Source: Gammaproteobacteria bacterium (GTDB taxonomy: Bacteria > Pseudomonadota > Gammaproteobacteria > SZUA-229). Taken from it: a stretch of 64,000 nt of DNA. Of this stretch, positions 1 through 10,602 are shown one piece after another (position 1 is the stretch's first letter; each line of letters begins with the position of its first letter). A model generated the notes under the pieces. That model was not told the origin of the DNA. It worked only from the letters and a program-made list of their open reading frames with translations, and did no database searches. The stretch lies in assembly GCA_030148865.1 (NCBI GenBank), contig JASBSR010000007.1:642-64641 (forward strand), written 5' to 3'. The translations under genes and the position numbers were made by a program.

Positions 1-2276
1 CTGCTGCTGCGCCTGCGCCAGTCGCGCCTAAAGCCAGAAAATCCTTAAAAAATACGCTGAAGAATTTTTTCAGGAAATGTAGCAAGGACCAGCCGGGTGG
101 TAAATCCGGCAAGCTGGTTGATCCAGATGCCAGTCTTGAGGCGGGTAAATATAAGAATCCCGTGGCCAGTCGCAAGTTGATTCTGCAGCTGATCCACGAA
201 CATGGGGCGCTCACTCAGGATTCGCTGGCCGACAAGTTGTGTATCGACGACGATGAGGTACTCGAAGGCCTGCGTCGTCGCCTGATTGCGATGACCCGTG
301 ACGGCCAGCTAATCCGCAATCGCCGTGGTGGCTTTATCCCGGTGGATGAGAAAAACCTGATCCGTGGCCGGGTGATGGCCCATCCCGAAGGCTTTGGTTT
401 TCTGGTGCCCGACGAGGGCGGCGATGATTTGTTCCTGAGTGCGAAGCAGATGCGTAGCCTGTTGCATGGCGACCGTGCCGTGGTTCAGGTTGCCGGCATT
501 GATCGCCGTGGTCGCCGTGAAGGCGCGGTGGTGGAAGTGCTGGAACGCGCTAACACAACGCTGGTCGGTCGCCTGTTCATCGAAAGCAGCGTCGCCTTCG
601 TGGTCGCGGATAACAAGCGCATCACTCAGGATATTTTAATTTCGGGTGATCAGCTGGGCGAGGCCAAAGCTGGCCAGATCGTCAAGGTCGAGATTACCCA
701 GCAACCCACCTTTCGCCATCAACCGATTGGGCGTGTGGTGGGGATCGTCGGTGACCATATGGCTCCGGGGATGGAAATCGAAGTCGCGATTCATAGCCAC
801 GGCCTGCCGCACGAGTTTTCAGCCTCGGCATTGCGAGAGGCCGATGCCCTTGGTGCTGAGGTTAGAGATGCCGATAAAAATCATCGTCTCGATTTACGTC
901 ATTTGCCACTGGTCACCATCGACGGTGAAGATGCACGCGATTTTGACGATGCGGTGTACTGCGAGTCAGAACCGCGCAATGGTGAAACGCACTGGCGCCT
1001 GCTGGTGGCGATTGCCGATGTCGCACATTATGTGGCACTGGATTCGGCACTGGACAAAAATGCGTACGAACGCGCGACCTCGGTATATTTTCCTGGCCGC
1101 GTTATTCCGATGTTGCCGGAAGGTATCTCCAACGGTCTGTGTTCACTGAATCCTGAAGTTGATCGCCTTGCCATGGTTTGCGAGATGCTGATCAACTCGG
1201 CTGGTGAAATCGTCGAGTACAATTTTCACGAAGCTGTGTTCCGTTCACACGCCCGCCTTACCTATAATCAGGTGGCGAGCGTACTGGTTGACAAAGACGA
1301 GATCGAGGCTAAAAAACTGGTAGCGATATTGCCGCATTTGCAAAATCTGTATGCGCTGTATCGCAGTATGGCGAAGGCGCGCCAAAAACGCGGCTCGATC
1401 GATTTTGATACCACCGAAACCAGGATTGTGTTCAATGCAGATCAGCGCATTGAGAGCATTAATCCGACACAGCGTAATGACGCGCATAAAATTATTGAAG
1501 AATGCATGATCGCGGCGAACATTTGTGCGGCGAAGTTTATCTCCCGACATAAGTTGCCATCGTTATTTCGGGTGCATGATTTACCTGATGACGACAAGCT
1601 CGAAGACTTGCGCGGTTTCCTGAAAGATTTAGGCCTGCGACTGGGTGAACCGCAGCGCAAGATTGAATCCAGCGATTACGCAAAGCTGACGGCAGAAATA
1701 AAAGATCGTGACGATAAACATTTAATTCAAACTTTATTGTTGCGCTCGATGCGACAGGCGATGTACAAGCCGGAGAATGTTGGTCACTTTGGTCTTGCTC
1801 TGGACAACTATGCGCATTTTACTTCACCCATCAGGCGCTATCCGGATTTACTGGTACATCGCGCCATTAAACATATCGTGCGAAAATTACCCTTACGTGA
1901 TTTTCCTTACGATATGAAACGCATGTCCACCATGGGTGAGCATTGTTCCGCCAACGAACGTCGTGCGGATGAAGCCACGCGTGATGCAGAAACCGCGCTC
2001 AAGTGTGAATACATGCTCGATAAAATCGGTGAGCAGTATCGCGCCACGGTCACCAGTGTGGTCTCGTTTGGTTTGTTCGTTGAAATTGACGATTTATATG
2101 TCGAAGGCCTGGTGCATATCACCAATTTACCAAAAGACTATTATGAATTTAATCCGACCACACACCAGCTGGTAGGCGAGCGCCATGGCAGAACGTTCAA
2201 TCTGCGCGATAAAGTAGAGGTGCAGGTCGTGCGTGTTGATATGGATGAGAGCAAGATCGATTTCGAGCTGGTTTGA
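1..2276 (+). CDS. rnr: Ribonuclease R (exoribonuclease R, VacB); 5' end probably lies upstream of the window
   Basis: The 704-aa ORF aligns along its full length with E. coli RNase R (RNB catalytic region, C-terminal S1-like region). The frame stays open back to position 1 with no stop. Homology to the RNase R N-terminus is already visible upstream of the GTG at 162 (EAGKYKNPVASRKLIL vs EAEKYANPIPSREFIL). rlmB follows immediately, as in E. coli. Confidence 0.85.
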   Translation, partial: AAAPAPVAPKARKSLKNTLKNFFRKCSKDQPGGKSGKLVDPDASLEAGKYKNPVASRKLILQLIHEHGALTQDSLADKLCIDDDEVLEGLRRRLIAMTRDGQLIRNRRGGFIPVDEKNLIRGRVMAHPEGFGFLVPDEGGDDLFLSAKQMRSLLHGDRAVVQVAGIDRRGRREGAVVEVLERANTTLVGRLFIESSVAFVVADNKRITQDILISGDQLGEAKAGQIVKVEITQQPTFRHQPIGRVVGIVGDHMAPGMEIEVAIHSHGLPHEFSASALREADALGAEVRDADKNHRLDLRHLPLVTIDGEDARDFDDAVYCESEPRNGETHWRLLVAIADVAHYVALDSALDKNAYERATSVYFPGRVIPMLPEGISNGLCSLNPEVDRLAMVCEMLINSAGEIVEYNFHEAVFRSHARLTYNQVASVLVDKDEIEAKKLVAILPHLQNLYALYRSMAKARQKRGSIDFDTTETRIVFNADQRIESINPTQRNDAHKIIEECMIAANICAAKFISRHKLPSLFRVHDLPDDDKLEDLRGFLKDLGLRLGEPQRKIESSDYAKLTAEIKDRDDKHLIQTLLLRSMRQAMYKPENVGHFGLALDNYAHFTSPIRRYPDLLVHRAIKHIVRKLPLRDFPYDMKRMSTMGEHCSANERRADEATRDAETALKCEYMLDKIGEQYRATVTSVVSFGLFVEIDDLYVEGLVHITNLPKDYYEFNPTTHQLVGERHGRTFNLRDKVEVQVVRVDMDESKIDFELV

Positions 2277-2286
2277 CGGTGTCATC

Positions 2287-3033
2287 ATGGCAAAAGCGCA
2301 ACACGAAATAATCTATGGTTTGCATGCTGTTGACGCGGCGCTTAGAAATAATCGTGAAACTGTCTTACAGCTCTGGGTGCAGCAGGGTCGCAAGGATGAT
2401 CGTATCCGTAGACTGGTTGATATTGCAAACTCTGCCGGTATTTCGACAGAGGCCATGGCTACCGAAAAACTGACTATGAAATGCGACGGACAACGCCACC
2501 AGGGCGTGGTCGCGCGAATCCGCGCCGGTGCGCGTCGCCAGCTAGCGCTGGAAGACTTGCTGGAACGCGAGTCTTTGTTGCTGCTGATACTCGACGAAGT
2601 TCAGGATCCACATAATATCGGTGCCTGTTTGCGCAGCGCTAATGCGGTTGCTGCCGATGCTGTTATTGTTTCAAAAAATCGCAGTCCGGGTTTAACCTCA
2701 GTGGTTAGCAAGGTTGCCAGTGGCGCAGCCGAAGATACACCTTATATACAGGTGAGCAATCTGGCGCGTGCGCTTGACAAGCTGCGTGATGCCGATGTTC
2801 ACATTGTCGGTACCAGTGGCGACAGTGACCTTTCGCTGTATGACTGCCACGTGAGCCCGCGGATGGCGGTCGTTATGGGCTCGGAAGGTAAGGGTATGCG
2901 GCGACTGACACGCGAAGCCTGTAATCAGTTGATCAGTATTCCGATGCTGGGTACAGTCGAAAGTCTCAATGTTTCAGTTGCCAGTGGTGTGACACTGTTT
3001 GAGTTGCGCCGCCGCATGCTCGCTGGTGGTTGA
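2287..3033 (+). CDS. rlmB: 23S rRNA (guanosine2251-2'-O)-methyltransferase RlmB (SpoU/TrmH family)
   Basis: SpoU-family motifs are present (LILDEVQDPHNIGACLRSA, MGSEGKGMRRL, ESLNVSVASG). The gene sits directly after rnr. ATG at 2287 (MAKAQHE) is preferred over the in-frame upstream start at 2233, which overlaps rnr. Confidence 0.85.
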   Translation: MAKAQHEIIYGLHAVDAALRNNRETVLQLWVQQGRKDDRIRRLVDIANSAGISTEAMATEKLTMKCDGQRHQGVVARIRAGARRQLALEDLLERESLLLLILDEVQDPHNIGACLRSANAVAADAVIVSKNRSPGLTSVVSKVASGAAEDTPYIQVSNLARALDKLRDADVHIVGTSGDSDLSLYDCHVSPRMAVVMGSEGKGMRRLTREACNQLISIPMLGTVESLNVSVASGVTLFELRRRMLAGG

Positions 3034-4115
3034 GCGCAAGATCTGTGTTTAGCCGCCTGAGCTTAGTGGTGCCGGGCTGTTGTGGAGCTTTACCCGCGAA
3101 GTCCACCAGTCTGGCACATTTTGATCCAGCCATAGCTAAACTTTCGCTCTGGTCATATCTGGCACGCGCCGATCGAACACCTGCGGTGAGTGGGTTTCAT
3201 CAACAGCTTGCGACTTTGTTTGGTCACGATTCTGCTAATGCGGTTTCGCAGCCAGCTTCGTCTGTTGCCTGGGCGGCGCTGCATCACCTTGCTGAGAGCG
3301 GTGAGGCCGATGATAAAATCTGGCTGCACGCCGACCCGGTGTGCATGCAGGCCGATATGGATCATGCCATTTTGTTCGACGCACACAGCCTGCAACTCAG
3401 AGATGACGAGGCCGATCAATTGCTCGCGGAACTCAATGCGCATTTCGCTCAGGATGGCATTACACTGCAACGCTATAGCGCATCCATCTGGTATTTAAGC
3501 ATCGATACTCATACCAACTTTAGCACGCACGCGCTACACGAAGTTATTGGTCGCAATGTTAATCAATTTATGCCAATGGGCGAAGATGCCGGTGTCTGGA
3601 AGCGTTTTATGAATGAAGCCCAGATGCTGTTACATATGAGCGAGGTCAATCAGCAGCGAGAAGCACGCGGTCATTTGCCAGTCAACAGCATCTGGTTATG
3701 GGGCGAGGGCCGATTGCCCAGGCGCGACTACAAACCGTCAGATCAGCCGTTCGATAACGTGATTAGTGCCAACCCTGGTGCGCGTGGGCTGGCGAAATTG
3801 CGTTTGATGAATTCTACGGCGTTGCCTGATAATTTTTCAGACTTTATCAGGCAGTCAGACCAGGGCAGTCATGTGATGCTGGTACTTGATGCGCTGTTCA
3901 ACAGTTTGAGCTATGCAGATATTGCGCAATGGCAACAGCAACTTGTTGAATTGCATCAGCAGTGGTTGCAGCCATTGCTTGTGTATTGTTTTCAGCACAA
4001 AATATCGCTCGATCTTTATCCATGTAATGGCATTCGCTATCACCTGCAGGCACGACAGCGCTATCGCGTCTGGCGACGCGGCCACCTGCACGAGCATCTG
4101 GTGCTGCATGAATAA
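3030..4115 (+). CDS. Conserved hypothetical protein (361 aa); possible metalloenzyme/phosphoglycerate-mutase-like fold, unverified
   Basis: Long ORF with coding-like composition. A TTG start overlaps the rlmB stop and the stop abuts the recJ start, so it sits in an rlmB-hyp-recJ run. It contains HLPVNSIWLWGEG, and I cannot place it in a named family from memory. Confidence 0.5.
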   Translation: MSARSVFSRLSLVVPGCCGALPAKSTSLAHFDPAIAKLSLWSYLARADRTPAVSGFHQQLATLFGHDSANAVSQPASSVAWAALHHLAESGEADDKIWLHADPVCMQADMDHAILFDAHSLQLRDDEADQLLAELNAHFAQDGITLQRYSASIWYLSIDTHTNFSTHALHEVIGRNVNQFMPMGEDAGVWKRFMNEAQMLLHMSEVNQQREARGHLPVNSIWLWGEGRLPRRDYKPSDQPFDNVISANPGARGLAKLRLMNSTALPDNFSDFIRQSDQGSHVMLVLDALFNSLSYADIAQWQQQLVELHQQWLQPLLVYCFQHKISLDLYPCNGIRYHLQARQRYRVWRRGHLHEHLVLHE

Positions 4116-5868
4116 ACACAAAGCTATTCAACGCCGTGAACCGAATCCGGATGTGATGTTGCCGGAAGCTATGCCGAGCATACTGCGCCGTGTGTATGCC
4201 AATCGCAATATCGCTACAGCCGAGGAGCTGGACTACAGCGTTCATAGCTTGCTGCCAGTGGAGCTATTGAAAGGCATAGCTGCTGCGGCTGCACTGGTAG
4301 CAGATGCTATTGTAGATCAAAAACGTATATTAATTGTTGGCGACTACGATGCCGATGGTGCCACCAGTACGGCGCTGGTAATGCGAGCACTGCGCGCCTT
4401 CGCTGGATTCGAACCTGATTACCTGGTGCCGAATCGTTTTGAATATGGTTATGGTTTGACGCCGGCGATTGTTGATGTCGCACAAAGACGGCAACCCGAT
4501 TTAATTATCACTGTCGATAATGGTATTTCCAGTATCGCAGGTGTTGAATGCGCGCACAGCCATAACATCGCAGTGGTGATTACCGATCATCACCTCGCAG
4601 GTGGTGAGCTGCCGCAGGCAGACGCGATTGTGAACCCGAATCAACCGGGCTGTGGCTTCCCTGAAAAAAGCATTGCTGGTGTTGGGGTCGCGTTTTACCT
4701 GATGCTGGCAACGCGAACCGAACTGCGCGCACGTAACTGGTTTAGTGATTCCAGACAGGAACCGAACATGGCAAGTATGCTTGATCTGGTCGCTTTAGGC
4801 ACAGTAGCTGATGTGGTGCCACTGGAAAAAAATAACCGTCTGATGGTGCAGCTGGGCCTGCAGCGTATTCGTAAACGTCAGTGTTGCGCCGGTATTCAGG
4901 CACTCATGCAGGTCGCGGGCAAAGATATTACGCAGTGTGTTAGCCAGGACTTTGGTTTTTTTGTCGCGCCGCGTCTGAATGCCGCTGGCCGACTCGAAGA
5001 TATGGCGGTGGGTATTGAATGTTTGCTCAGCGATGATCCGGACGCTGCGCTGATAATGGCGAAACAGTTGCATACGCTGAATCAGCAGCGCCGTGAAATT
5101 GAGGGTGCGATGCTGACGAACGCCCTGGCAAATCTAGAGACACTGGTATCCAGTCTCGATCAGAGCACATTGCCACTGGGGCTTTGTCTCTACGATGAGC
5201 GCTGGCATCAGGGTGTGGTCGGACTGCTCGCGTCGCGGATCAAAGATCGCTTTCATCGCCCGGTACTCGCCTTCGCTGATGGGCATGATGTGAACGGTGT
5301 CTGCCCAGGTGGTGATGGTGAACTCAAGGGCTCGGCGCGATCCATCCCGAGCCTGCATATTCGCGATCTGCTCGCTACGGTGGCAAGTCGACATCCCGGC
5401 CTGGTGCAAAAATTTGGTGGCCACGCCATGGCAGCGGGGCTGAGCATAAAAAAATCCGACTACGATACTTTCAGGGCTGCATTCGAAGCTGCCATTGCCG
5501 AACAGCTGAATGCTGACGATCTCGATACTATTATTTACAGTGATGGTAGTATTCCGGTAAATGAAATGTCCTTGCAAACAGCGGCAATGCTTCGCCTCGC
5601 CGGCCCATGGGGGCAGCAGTTTCCAGAACCGGTATTTGATGATGTGTTTAAAATCATAAGCTGGCGTATTGTGGGTGATAAACATCTGAAAATCGAACTG
5701 CAACGTGATGACGATGCACAGGTCATTGATGCAATTGCGTTCAATCACACCGATACTGATTTGCCCGCAGATTGTGATTTAATCCGTGCAGTGTACCGGC
5801 TGGATGTGAACGAGTTTCGTGGTGTGCATAAACTACAGTTGATTGTTGAATATATCGAAGCGGCTTGA
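4108..5868 (+). CDS. recJ: Single-stranded-DNA-specific exonuclease RecJ
   Basis: Near-colinear match to E. coli RecJ, including the DHH motifs (IVGDYDADGATSTAL, VDNGISS, ITDHH) and the DHHA1 region (GGHAMAAGLS). The ATG at 4108 (MNKHKAIQRRE) aligns with the E. coli N-terminus. Confidence 0.9.
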   Translation: MNKHKAIQRREPNPDVMLPEAMPSILRRVYANRNIATAEELDYSVHSLLPVELLKGIAAAAALVADAIVDQKRILIVGDYDADGATSTALVMRALRAFAGFEPDYLVPNRFEYGYGLTPAIVDVAQRRQPDLIITVDNGISSIAGVECAHSHNIAVVITDHHLAGGELPQADAIVNPNQPGCGFPEKSIAGVGVAFYLMLATRTELRARNWFSDSRQEPNMASMLDLVALGTVADVVPLEKNNRLMVQLGLQRIRKRQCCAGIQALMQVAGKDITQCVSQDFGFFVAPRLNAAGRLEDMAVGIECLLSDDPDAALIMAKQLHTLNQQRREIEGAMLTNALANLETLVSSLDQSTLPLGLCLYDERWHQGVVGLLASRIKDRFHRPVLAFADGHDVNGVCPGGDGELKGSARSIPSLHIRDLLATVASRHPGLVQKFGGHAMAAGLSIKKSDYDTFRAAFEAAIAEQLNADDLDTIIYSDGSIPVNEMSLQTAAMLRLAGPWGQQFPEPVFDDVFKIISWRIVGDKHLKIELQRDDDAQVIDAIAFNHTDTDLPADCDLIRAVYRLDVNEFRGVHKLQLIVEYIEAA

Positions 5869-5870
5869 TT

Positions 5871-6899
5871 ATGAATTGGTACCCACTTGCACAAAAACTT
5901 TTATTCAAACTTGATGCCGAAACCGCACATGGTCTGTCGCTTACAGTGCTGGAGGTTTTATACAGGCTCAGGTTGGTCAAACTGGTCGCCGCGCCTCCAG
6001 CCTCTGAAAACGCACTCGCACCGGTGACTCTGATGGGTATCGAGTTTCCCAATCGGGCAGGCCTCGCCGCCGGGCTGGATAAAAATGGCGAGCATATTGA
6101 CGCCCTCGCAGCCTGCGGCTTTGGTTTTATTGAAATTGGCACGGTAACACCATTGCCGCAGACGGGAAATGACCGGCCACGATTATTTCGTCTGCCTGCA
6201 GATCGTGCCATTATTAATCGTATGGGTTTTAATAATCGTGGTGTCGATTATCTGGTTGAGCGTGTCAAACGCAGCCAGCGCCGTTGTGTACTCGGCATCA
6301 ATATTGGTAAAAATAAAAACACACCGAACGAAAACGCAGTCGATGATTATCTGGTGTGCCTGCAAAAAGTCTACCCGCTTGCCGACTACATAACGATTAA
6401 TATTTCATCGCCGAATACACCTGGGCTCCGCGACCTGCAGCACGGTGAATCTTTGCGGATGTTGTTACGGGCCTTAAAGGAAGAACAAAACAAACTTCAC
6501 CAACGGTATGCGTACTATGTGCCTTTGTTAGTGAAGATTGCTCCCGATCTCGATGATGCTGAAGTGGCAGCTTTAGCAGAAATATTTATCGAACAACACA
6601 TTGACGGAGTAATAGCCACGAACACCACCAATGCCCGCAGTGGATTACACGAGATTGAACTGGCAAAAGAACAGGGTGGTCTCAGTGGACAGCCACTGAC
6701 AGAGCAGGCAGATCACGTTTTGTCGGTGCTGGTGAAGGCTTTGCACGCGAAAATCCCGGTGATCGCTGCGGGTGGAATCATGAATCTTGAAGATGCACTG
6801 CGTAAACGTGAGCTCGGTGCCGCCCTGGTGCAGGTGTATACCGGGTTTATCTATGAAGGACCAAAACTGGTCAGTGAAATTGCGGTTGGACTAGACTGA
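5871..6899 (+). CDS. pyrD: Dihydroorotate dehydrogenase (quinone), class 2
   Basis: Strong match to E. coli PyrD (GLAAGLDKNGE, IEIGTVTP, LFRL, NRMGFNN, INISSPNTPGLR, IATNTT). ATG at 5871 (MNWYPL) aligns with the E. coli start. Confidence 0.9.
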   Translation: MNWYPLAQKLLFKLDAETAHGLSLTVLEVLYRLRLVKLVAAPPASENALAPVTLMGIEFPNRAGLAAGLDKNGEHIDALAACGFGFIEIGTVTPLPQTGNDRPRLFRLPADRAIINRMGFNNRGVDYLVERVKRSQRRCVLGINIGKNKNTPNENAVDDYLVCLQKVYPLADYITINISSPNTPGLRDLQHGESLRMLLRALKEEQNKLHQRYAYYVPLLVKIAPDLDDAEVAALAEIFIEQHIDGVIATNTTNARSGLHEIELAKEQGGLSGQPLTEQADHVLSVLVKALHAKIPVIAAGGIMNLEDALRKRELGAALVQVYTGFIYEGPKLVSEIAVGLD

Positions 6900-6943
6900 G
6901 CTGTAATAATTGATACTCAAGGCTTAAGATCCTTATATAACAT

Positions 6944-7450
6944 TTATACGTATAAGCGCCTCAGTTGCGGGTCTTCGTCCGCGTGCTCCCATGTGCGATC
7001 AAAATAATCACTTAACTGACGAGATAGCAATGGTGCCATGAAGCAGGCAGTCGCTGTATAGTTGTATTGATTACCCACCACTCGATGTAGATACCCCACG
7101 CCGTCGGCAATCAGGAAAGCGCTCTGTTGATCGCGCTGCTCGTGTGCTGGCTTGCGCATTTGCAGCGAGCTGCTCAGGTGCTGTGCCAAGCGTAGTAAAC
7201 GATGACCATCATGAATTGCGCAGCTTGCATCCTGGATCAAAATTCGAATTTGTGTACCGGGGTGTCGTTTGACAAGTTCAAAAACCGCCCGCTCAAAGTT
7301 CTCGTTATCGTATACCGGCGCATCCAGCTCCTGAGTGAAAATAATTAGCTGGCGCTTCGCCTGTTGCGCTAGTTCAAGGGCGATCTCACGGTTTTCGTCC
7401 AGTGTATGCAGTTGCAGGATGTCCTTGCTGGTGCCGAGAATCTGACTCAT
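6944..7450 (-). CDS. Hypothetical protein (168 aa)
   Basis: ORF overlaps the downstream GNAT gene by 4 bp, which suggests an operon. No family recognised. Confidence 0.4.
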   Translation of the reverse strand: MSQILGTSKDILQLHTLDENREIALELAQQAKRQLIIFTQELDAPVYDNENFERAVFELVKRHPGTQIRILIQDASCAIHDGHRLLRLAQHLSSSLQMRKPAHEQRDQQSAFLIADGVGYLHRVVGNQYNYTATACFMAPLLSRQLSDYFDRTWEHADEDPQLRRLYV

Positions 7451-7899
7451 GCTCTATTTCTGGCGGGAAAATCGAGCGTACGTTGCATAGTCTGGTGCGC
7501 TATACCAGCGTCGTCGAATTCGTTTCCATACGCCACAAAGCCATGTTGGCAATAAAAATCAAGCGCGCTAACCTGGGCATGGCAGTAAAGTTGGTCGAGC
7601 TGTCGTTGCTGCGCCTGCTGGACAATGCAGCGCAGCAGGGCGCTGCCGATACCCTGGTGGCGGAACTCAGCCAACACGGCCATGCGACCGAACTGGCCAT
7701 CGTGCTTCAGGCGTGCAGTAGCAACGTATTGATTGTCTACTATCGCAAGAAAATGCATGCTGCTATTGTCGAACTCATCCCATTCCAGGGCAAACGGTAC
7801 CTGTTGCTCTTCGATAAATACGCGCTCTCGTATCATGCCGAGAGTTATTCGGTCATCTGCATTACTCCAGTCTGCGATGCGTATTTCAGTTTGTATCAT
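7447..7899 (-). CDS. GNAT family N-acetyltransferase
   Basis: 150-aa protein with a GNAT acetyl-CoA-binding core (QGIGSALL ... FYCQHGF). Confidence 0.7.
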   Translation of the reverse strand: MIQTEIRIADWSNADDRITLGMIRERVFIEEQQVPFALEWDEFDNSSMHFLAIVDNQYVATARLKHDGQFGRMAVLAEFRHQGIGSALLRCIVQQAQQRQLDQLYCHAQVSALDFYCQHGFVAYGNEFDDAGIAHQTMQRTLDFPARNRA

Positions 7900-7912
7900 G
7901 ACTGCTTAATCG

Positions 7913-9067
7913 TTATTGTTCAATGAGCAGGTAGTGCTTATTATACAGTTCGAATAGTACGGTTTCGTCGTGTTCGTCTTTGACGCTGGCCAACAATGCA
8001 TTGCACTGGATCAGATTATGTCGGCAAACTGTTTCGGCAAATTCAACTGAGCACTGATAGCTGTTGCCATCAACGAACAGCATGGCGTCGCGGTCTCCAC
8101 CTGAAAACAGAAACCGTGACATGGGGTTATGTTCAATGCCAGCGGTTCGCTCAAGCTGCCGAACTAAACTTTCATAGTCGTTAAATATAGTATCGTTTTC
8201 ATAGAATGACGCACTGCTGCGAGTGTCGCTGGCATATTCACCCAGCCAGCGTCGCACTGTGTTGTCGTCAGTGTTGATGCAATCGCGCAACAGGGATTTT
8301 AATTTATGGATCGTGTGTGTGCTAATTTCGGCGGGATGATTTTGTGTTTCGAGATCAGGATCGCTGTAACGTGCGGCTTCGGGTAACTGGCGCGCGAGGA
8401 ACTCACCAAAATCGCTGATCAGGCTGCGCAGGTCGGGGGCACGAAAACCTATTGAAGCGGTCATGCACTCGTTTTGTGCGATACCGTGATGCGCAACATT
8501 GGGTGGCAGATACAGCATATCACCTGGTGTTAAATCCCAGCTCTGTTCTGCTGCAAAATGTGCGAGCACGCGCATGTCGGTATTGGTCAGACACTGGGCG
8601 TCGAAGTTTTCGCTGATGTGCCAACGACGGGTGCCTTCCAGCTGTAGTAAAAATACATCGTAGGCATCAATATGCGCGCCAACGGAGGCACCCCTGGGAG
8701 CATAACTGATCATCAGATCATCGATGCGCCAGTCGGGAATAAAGCGAAACGCATCGATCAGTGTGCGCGCATCGGGTACGTGTTTTTCAATGTCGCTGAC
8801 CAGCAGGCTCCAGCCAGCCTCAGGGAGATGGGCGAAGTCGTTTTCATCGAAGGGCCCATTGCGTACCGACCAGGCACGGCCTTCAGGCGAGTATTCGGCA
8901 CTTTCAAAAATCAAACGTGAATGTATGCCTTCGCTGCAGGCCAGACCGGCGAGTTCATTGGCGCTCAGCGGGCTGACAATGTCAGGAAACGCACGGCGGA
9001 ATAAGTACGGTTTTTTCTGCCAGTAATCACGCAGAAAGTCTTCATGGCTGAGCCTGCTAGCAAACAT
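7913..9067 (-). CDS. roxA: Ribosomal protein L16 Arg81 hydroxylase RoxA/YcfD (JmjC/cupin 2-oxoglutarate oxygenase)
   Basis: Colinear with E. coli YcfD (FLRDYWQKKP, PDWRIDDLMISY, HIDAYDVFLLQLEGTRRW, YLPPNVAHHG). Confidence 0.8.
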   Translation of the reverse strand: MFASRLSHEDFLRDYWQKKPYLFRRAFPDIVSPLSANELAGLACSEGIHSRLIFESAEYSPEGRAWSVRNGPFDENDFAHLPEAGWSLLVSDIEKHVPDARTLIDAFRFIPDWRIDDLMISYAPRGASVGAHIDAYDVFLLQLEGTRRWHISENFDAQCLTNTDMRVLAHFAAEQSWDLTPGDMLYLPPNVAHHGIAQNECMTASIGFRAPDLRSLISDFGEFLARQLPEAARYSDPDLETQNHPAEISTHTIHKLKSLLRDCINTDDNTVRRWLGEYASDTRSSASFYENDTIFNDYESLVRQLERTAGIEHNPMSRFLFSGGDRDAMLFVDGNSYQCSVEFAETVCRHNLIQCNALLASVKDEHDETVLFELYNKHYLLIEQ

Positions 9068-9084
9068 GACAGGGTGGCGCGAAC

Positions 9085-10527
<1,443 letters not shown>

Positions 10528-10602
10528 TTATCGTTACTGTGAAATCGCGTATTATATCACCGAGTTACTAACCATTGGCGTTTGACGGGGAGCTTTGCCG
10601 GC

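Noticed and set aside
2233-2286. Upstream extension of rlmB (start at 2233)
   Set aside because: It would overlap rnr by 44 nt. The MAKAQHE start at 2287 matches SpoU-family N-termini.
5134-5748. 204-aa minus-strand ORF inside recJ
   Set aside because: Antisense to colinear RecJ homology.
10582-10602. TTG-start N-terminal extension of the fumarase-family gene
   Set aside because: The ATG at 10603 aligns with the FumC/AspA N-termini (MSKTRV...DSMG).
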